DNA of 29,735 bases. Source: Candidatus Micrarchaeota archaeon (GTDB taxonomy: Archaea > Micrarchaeota > Micrarchaeia > Burarchaeales > JAKAKT01). Shown here piece by piece: positions 24,747 through 29,735 of this stretch (positions within the stretch are counted from its first letter, which is position 1; each line of letters begins with the position of its first letter). The DNA lies in NCBI GenBank assembly GCA_026396425.1, contig JAPLWU010000068.1, forward strand, positions 1 through 29,735, read 5' to 3'. The position numbers and the translations under genes were made by a program. The notes under the pieces are model-generated. The model was given only the letters and a program-made list of their open reading frames with translations, made no database searches and was not told the origin of the DNA.

Positions 24747-26501
24747 ATGCGAATAGCCGTGATTGACAGGGACAAGTGCACGAAGGAGCAGTGCGGCTAC
24801 CTCTGCCAGAAGATATGCCCCGGAGTGCGGATGGGCGACGAAACCATTACGTTGGACGAGGAAGGGTTCCCGGTGATTTCCGAGGACCTGTGCACGGGAT
24901 GCGGCATATGCCCCAAAAGATGCCCGGTGGGCGCGATAAAAATCATCAACCTGCCTTCCGAAGTAGGTTTACTGGTTTTCCAGTACGGGGTGAATGCCTT
25001 CAGGCTGTTCAATCTGCCACTGCCGAAGAAAAACGCAGTTGTAGGGCTCGTTGGCGCGAACGGAATAGGGAAAACCACGGCGCTTCAGTTGCTCTCGAAA
25101 AAACTCGCGCCGAATTTTGGGGAATATGCGAGGAAGGAAAGCGAGAAGGAACTCTTACTCCATTTCTCCAGGCATCCGGAACTGCAGAATTATTTCCGTT
25201 CAATGGGCGGGGGAGTGAAATTGTCCTACAAGCCGCAGAACGTGGAGAAAGTGGCGGAAAAAATAAAAGGAAAAGTCGGCCCGATTCTGAAGAAGGCGGA
25301 CGAGCGAAAGGTGCTTGACGAGGTTGTGAAATCTTTCGAGCTGGAAAACATACTCGACAGGGAGATTTCGCATCTGAGTGGCGGGGAACTGCAGCGCCTG
25401 TCCATCGCAATCGCATACATGCGAAAGGCAGACTTCTATTATTTCGACGAGCCGTCGAGCTACCTCGACATAGCCCAGCGCCTGAAAATGGCGGCGAAAA
25501 TAAAGGAGCTTGCCGGGCATGCCAACGTCATGGTCGTTGAGCACGATTTGGCGGTTCTCGATTACCTGAGCGACTACGTGCACGTTTTCTACGGCGAGGA
25601 GGGCGCCTACGGGGTCGTCTCGCATTCAAAGAGTTCGCGCTCCGGAATAAACGAATACCTCGCGGGCTACATAAAGGGGGAGAACGTCAGGTTCAGGACT
25701 TACGAGATAAAATTCGAAAAATCCTCGCCGCAGGAGCGCTCCAAATCCAAAATCGCGTTCGAATACCCCGCAATGGGGAAGAACTACGGCTCCTTCTCCA
25801 TGCACTGCGAGAATGGCGAAGTCCGCAAAGGCGAGACAATCGGAATCCTCGGCCCGAACGCAATCGGCAAGACGACTTTCATCAAAATGCTCGCGGGCGT
25901 GGAAGAGCCCGACGCGGGAAAGAGGATGAAAGGGCTGAAAGTCTCCTACAAGCCGCAGTACCTGGAAAGCGATTTCGAGGGAACGGTTGCGGAATTAATC
26001 GCCAATTCGGGAATCAACGCGCCTATTTTTGATTCCGAAATAAGGAGAAGATTGAACATTGACCCGCTGATGCTGAAGCAGGTGAAAAACCTGAGCGGCG
26101 GGGAACTGCAGCGCCTCTCAATCGCCATATGCCTCGCGACTGACGCCGACCTTTACCTGCTGGACGAGCCCTCGGCATTCCTCGACATCGAGCAGCGACT
26201 CATCTTTGCGTCGGTTCTCAAGAACGTCATGGGAAAACGCGAGTCGCCCGCCTTTGTCGTCGACCATGACATCGTGCTCATAGACTCCGTGGCCGACGCG
26301 CTCATGGTTTTCGAGGGCGAGTCCGGGAAATCGGGAAAGGCGGGCAAGCCAATGGGCAAGCGCGAGGGAATGAACGCGTTCCTAAAGGAGGTGGGCGTCA
26401 CCCTGCGAAGGGACAAGGACTCGCACAGGCCGCGCATCAACAAGCAGGGCTCGCAGATGGACTCGGAGCAGAAGAAGAAGGGCGAATATTATTATACGTA
26501 A
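24747..26501 (+). CDS. Ribosome recycling ATPase ABCE1 (RLI)
   Basis: Two 4Fe-4S motifs (CTKEQCGYLCQKICP, CTGCGICPKRCP). Two NBDs with GANGIGKTT/LSGGELQR and GPNAIGKTT/LSGGELQR. Start at ATG 24747. Confidence 0.98.
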   Translation: MRIAVIDRDKCTKEQCGYLCQKICPGVRMGDETITLDEEGFPVISEDLCTGCGICPKRCPVGAIKIINLPSEVGLLVFQYGVNAFRLFNLPLPKKNAVVGLVGANGIGKTTALQLLSKKLAPNFGEYARKESEKELLLHFSRHPELQNYFRSMGGGVKLSYKPQNVEKVAEKIKGKVGPILKKADERKVLDEVVKSFELENILDREISHLSGGELQRLSIAIAYMRKADFYYFDEPSSYLDIAQRLKMAAKIKELAGHANVMVVEHDLAVLDYLSDYVHVFYGEEGAYGVVSHSKSSRSGINEYLAGYIKGENVRFRTYEIKFEKSSPQERSKSKIAFEYPAMGKNYGSFSMHCENGEVRKGETIGILGPNAIGKTTFIKMLAGVEEPDAGKRMKGLKVSYKPQYLESDFEGTVAELIANSGINAPIFDSEIRRRLNIDPLMLKQVKNLSGGELQRLSIAICLATDADLYLLDEPSAFLDIEQRLIFASVLKNVMGKRESPAFVVDHDIVLIDSVADALMVFEGESGKSGKAGKPMGKREGMNAFLKEVGVTLRRDKDSHRPRINKQGSQMDSEQKKKGEYYYT

Positions 26502-26502
26502 A

Positions 26503-27699
26503 ATGGAAATCGATTTTAGGAGATTGATTTTATTGCGCGTCTCTTACTACGTGAAAAGGCATCCGCTGATTTCCAACGACGCCGGAGGGGCGGAGATGCA
26601 GCTCTACCTGATTGGGAGAGGGCTGGCGAAGCGCGGCTGGCATGCCTCCTACCTTGTCGATGACGTCGGGCAAAAGGAGAGGGAGGAGAGGGAGGGCCAG
26701 GCGCTGTACAGGGTCGATAACTTCAGGGACTCGCGGCTCCATCTCGCCAAGTCGCTCCATCATCTCGCGCTCAACACTTTCGCAACTTACGGCCACCCGT
26801 CCTTCGAGCGCGCCCTCTCGCTCTCGAATCCCGACGTCGTTCATCAGCGGGGCTCGAGCCTCGCCACCGGCTACATGGCGCACGGCGCAGCGGGAATGAA
26901 AAAACCCTTCGTCTTCTCCATTGCCCACATCAACGACTGCACGCTTTCCGGGGAATACTGGAAGGGGCTGCTGCGCAAGACGCTGAAGAGGCGGCTTTAC
27001 CTCTACGGGGTGGAAAAAGCCGAAATCGTGATTGCGACCGCCAATTACCTGAAGGAGGCTTTCCTGCGCACTTTTCCCGGAAAGGACGTGCGCACCGTGC
27101 CTTCCGGCTACCCGGTTCCTGATGCGAAACGCCAGAAAACGAAAAGGGGGAGAACCAAAACCCACGAAAGTTCCTCGCAAAAAACCGCCGTTTGGGTGGG
27201 AAGGTTCACGGCTGACAAGTTCCCGGAAGTATTCCTGCGCCTCGCGAAGGCAATGCCGGAATACAGGTTCGTGATGGTCGGCGGCGTGCCCTCGCACTCG
27301 GAATACGAAATCACGAGGCGCGAAGCCGCGAAACTTGCGAACGTGGAGCTTACGGGCGCAGTTTCACTTGCGAAGGTCAATGAACTCATTTCCGAATCAA
27401 CTCTTCTCGTTGACACCTCGAGGGAGGCCGGCTTCCCGAATACCTTCATACAGGCATGGCTCCGCTCCACCCCAACCGTTTCGCTCGCAGTCGACCCGGA
27501 CGGGATAATAAAAAGGGAGAAGCTGGGATTCGTGTCGGGCTCTGAGAAAAAGCTCGCCGAGCAGGTGGGGAGCCTGCTGGAGGACGGGAAGCTCGCGCGC
27601 TCTCTCGGCAGGAACGCGTTCAAATACGCCAGGCGCAACCACGATATTGAAAATACGGCACGCATGCACGATGAAATCTACAGGGAGCTGATTGAATGA
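26503..27699 (+). CDS. Glycosyltransferase family 4 (GT-B)
   Basis: N-terminal GGAEMQ, WVGRFTADKFPE, and EAGFPNTFIQAW in place of the ExFGxxxxE motif. Confidence 0.9.
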   Translation: MEIDFRRLILLRVSYYVKRHPLISNDAGGAEMQLYLIGRGLAKRGWHASYLVDDVGQKEREEREGQALYRVDNFRDSRLHLAKSLHHLALNTFATYGHPSFERALSLSNPDVVHQRGSSLATGYMAHGAAGMKKPFVFSIAHINDCTLSGEYWKGLLRKTLKRRLYLYGVEKAEIVIATANYLKEAFLRTFPGKDVRTVPSGYPVPDAKRQKTKRGRTKTHESSSQKTAVWVGRFTADKFPEVFLRLAKAMPEYRFVMVGGVPSHSEYEITRREAAKLANVELTGAVSLAKVNELISESTLLVDTSREAGFPNTFIQAWLRSTPTVSLAVDPDGIIKREKLGFVSGSEKKLAEQVGSLLEDGKLARSLGRNAFKYARRNHDIENTARMHDEIYRELIE

Positions 27700-27782
27700 T
27701 GGTTCCGAGTTTCGAGGCGGGAACGCGAGGAAACGGGAGTCATGACATACGAGTCGTTCCGGATGCATTGGGGGATGATTGA

Positions 27783-28739
27783 ATGAAAATTCTTGTTACA
27801 GGCGGCGCCGGGTTCATCGGCTCGCACCTTTGCGAGCGCCTCCTCTCGCTCGGCCACAAGGTCTCGGCAATCGACAACTTCGACCCCTTCTACCCGAAAG
27901 AAGTGAAGCTGAGGAACATTGAAAAGGTGAAGGCGAACGCGAATTTCAGGTTTTTCGAGGCCGACATACGGGATGCGAAAGAAATATCCGCAATCTTCAG
28001 GTCTTCTAAGCCGGAAGCCGTAATCCATCTCGCCGCAAAGGCAGGAGTCAGGCCGTCGCTCGCCGACCCGGCCGGCTACCAGCGCACGAACGTGCTTGGG
28101 ACGATTAACATGCTCGAGGCGTCCCGCGCCTCCAACATCTCAAATTTCATATTCGGCTCGTCCTCGAGCGTCTACGGCGACAATAAAAAAGTGCCGTTCT
28201 CCGAGGCCGACCGCGTGGACGGCCAGATTTCGCCCTACGCGCAGACCAAGCGCTCCGCGGAATTATACTGCAAATTCTACGCGCGAAATTACGGAATGCC
28301 AATAACGTGCCTGCGCTTTTTCACGGTCTACGGCCCGCGCCAGAGGCCCGATTTGGCCATACACAAGTTCACGAAAAACATGCTGCTCGGCAAGCCCGTG
28401 GAACTTTTCGGCGATGTTTCGAGCAGCCGCGACTACACGTACGTTGGGGACATAGTGGACGGCATAACGGCATGCCTCGACAGGAAATCCCAATTCGAGA
28501 TATTCAACCTCGGTAATTCCTCGCCCATAGCTCTTTCCGAACTCGTTTCGCGCATCGAGAAAGCGACCGGGAAAAAGGCGAAAATAAGGCGGCTCCCCAG
28601 CCAGCCGGGCGACGTCCGGATTACCTATGCGGACATCTCAAAGGCGAAAAAGATGCTGGGCTACTCGCCCAAATTCGACTTCGACAGGGGCCTCTCAATC
28701 TTTGTTGACTGGATGAAAAACGAGCTCGCCAAATCCTGA
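27783..28739 (+). CDS. NAD-dependent nucleotide-sugar epimerase (UDP-glucuronate 4-epimerase-like SDR)
   Basis: TGGAGFIGS, HLAAKAGVRPS, SSSSVYG, YAQTK (YxxxK), RFFTVYGPRQRPD. Confidence 0.93.
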   Translation: MKILVTGGAGFIGSHLCERLLSLGHKVSAIDNFDPFYPKEVKLRNIEKVKANANFRFFEADIRDAKEISAIFRSSKPEAVIHLAAKAGVRPSLADPAGYQRTNVLGTINMLEASRASNISNFIFGSSSSVYGDNKKVPFSEADRVDGQISPYAQTKRSAELYCKFYARNYGMPITCLRFFTVYGPRQRPDLAIHKFTKNMLLGKPVELFGDVSSSRDYTYVGDIVDGITACLDRKSQFEIFNLGNSSPIALSELVSRIEKATGKKAKIRRLPSQPGDVRITYADISKAKKMLGYSPKFDFDRGLSIFVDWMKNELAKS

Positions 28740-28812
28740 CTAATCGACTAATGCCCCCTAACGCGACTACTCTACGGCTTTTCAAATATCCATTCCGCAG
28801 AACTCGGCTACT

Positions 28813-29735
28813 CTACACTCCTTTCAAATATTCCCTGAATTCCGGGCCGAACTCCTTCCTTCTCAGTGCGAACTCCACTATGGTCTTGAGGTATTCCAGC
28901 TTATCGCCCACGTCGTATCTCCTTCCCGAAAAGCGCTTCCCGTAAACTTCCCCGCCTTTCAGGAGAAGCCCGTTTATGGCGTCGGTGAGCTGCACCTCGC
29001 CCCGCGAATCCTTTTCCGTTTCCCCCAGGCAGTCAAATATTTCAGGCGAAAGCGCATACCTGCCTATGAGCGCCATCCTTGATGGTGCCCTTTCTTTCGC
29101 CGGCTTTTCCACGAGCCCCCTTATCTTTATGAGCGATTCGGAAATCTTTGCGCCCGGCTCTATGATGCCGTATCTGTTCACGAACTCGGCCGCAACCTCC
29201 TGGAAAGCTATCACCGAGCTTTTGCTTCCGAACTTTCTCATCTCCTCCATGAGCCCGGTGATGCACGGCGTTTCCGGGTCGATTATGTCGTCCCCGAGGA
29301 GAACGAGGAACGGCTCGCCATCCACGTGGCGCTTGGCGCAGTAAACGGCATCCCCGAGGCCGAGCGGCTCCTTCTGCCTCACGTAGTGGATTTCGGCGAT
29401 GTTGGAAATCCCCTCGAGCATTTCGACGAGCTCCTTCCTGCCCCTCGCCTTCAGGTAGCTCTCCAGCTCCGCGGACTTGGCCGAAGGTTCTTCTTCGAGC
29501 TCCCCGGTAACAAAAACGGGGCGCTTTTCCCTGGATTCGGATCGTTTTTCCGCGAGTTCGTCGAGATCTCCCGTTAAGAAAACGGGGCGCTTTTCCTCGG
29601 TTTCAGGTTCGTGTTCCCCCATCGGTAAATCGGATTCTTTTTTTTCAGATTCCCGGTTTTCTTCCGGGCTTTCTAGCGAATCGCTTTTCAGAGCGCCGGC
29701 TTCCTTTTCCAATTCCTCCGACGGCGGATCCTTCC
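28813..29735 (-). CDS. galU: UTP--glucose-1-phosphate uridylyltransferase, 3' part, with acidic repeat insertion (5' end beyond window)
   Basis: YVRQKEPLGLGDAV, LLGDDII, VEKP, IGRYAL, GEVQLTDAI, RYDVGDKLEY. The frame is open to the window edge. Confidence 0.9.
   Translation of the reverse strand, partial: KDPPSEELEKEAGALKSDSLESPEENRESEKKESDLPMGEHEPETEEKRPVFLTGDLDELAEKRSESREKRPVFVTGELEEEPSAKSAELESYLKARGRKELVEMLEGISNIAEIHYVRQKEPLGLGDAVYCAKRHVDGEPFLVLLGDDIIDPETPCITGLMEEMRKFGSKSSVIAFQEVAAEFVNRYGIIEPGAKISESLIKIRGLVEKPAKERAPSRMALIGRYALSPEIFDCLGETEKDSRGEVQLTDAINGLLLKGGEVYGKRFSGRRYDVGDKLEYLKTIVEFALRRKEFGPEFREYLKGV

Overview
Archaeal chromosomal window. The evidence is aEF-1alpha/rpS10/tRNA-Ser in archaeal order, RFC small subunit, pelota, ABCE1, form III RuBisCO and TATA-type promoters. 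A DPANN (possibly Micrarchaeota-like) origin is my inference and cannot be checked here. Most of it is housekeeping: tuf, rpsJ, intron-containing tRNA-Ser(UGA), acyP, rbcL, pdxS/pdxT, a tRNA methylthiotransferase, ileS, rfcS, ABCE1 and the edge of a glycosylation cluster. The most notable items are: (1) an Lrp regulator with a perfect palindromic operator, divergent from a single gene fusing a radical-SAM domain to an EgtD-like N-methyltransferase that has lost the histidine-recognition Glu; (2) a ~600-bp RelE toxin-antitoxin cassette bracketed by two synonymous-variant copies of the last pelota codons, while pelota itself is split by an out-of-frame deletion; (3) a ~200-nt highly structured intergenic element upstream of the ileS unit, with twin covarying hairpins; (4) a ~1100-aa Cys-rich putative lipoprotein with degenerate GH-A-like and lytic-transglycosylase-like motifs and codon-usage mosaic patches; (5) a GalU with a long acidic repeat insertion. 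All family assignments come from motif recognition by eye, without database searches.
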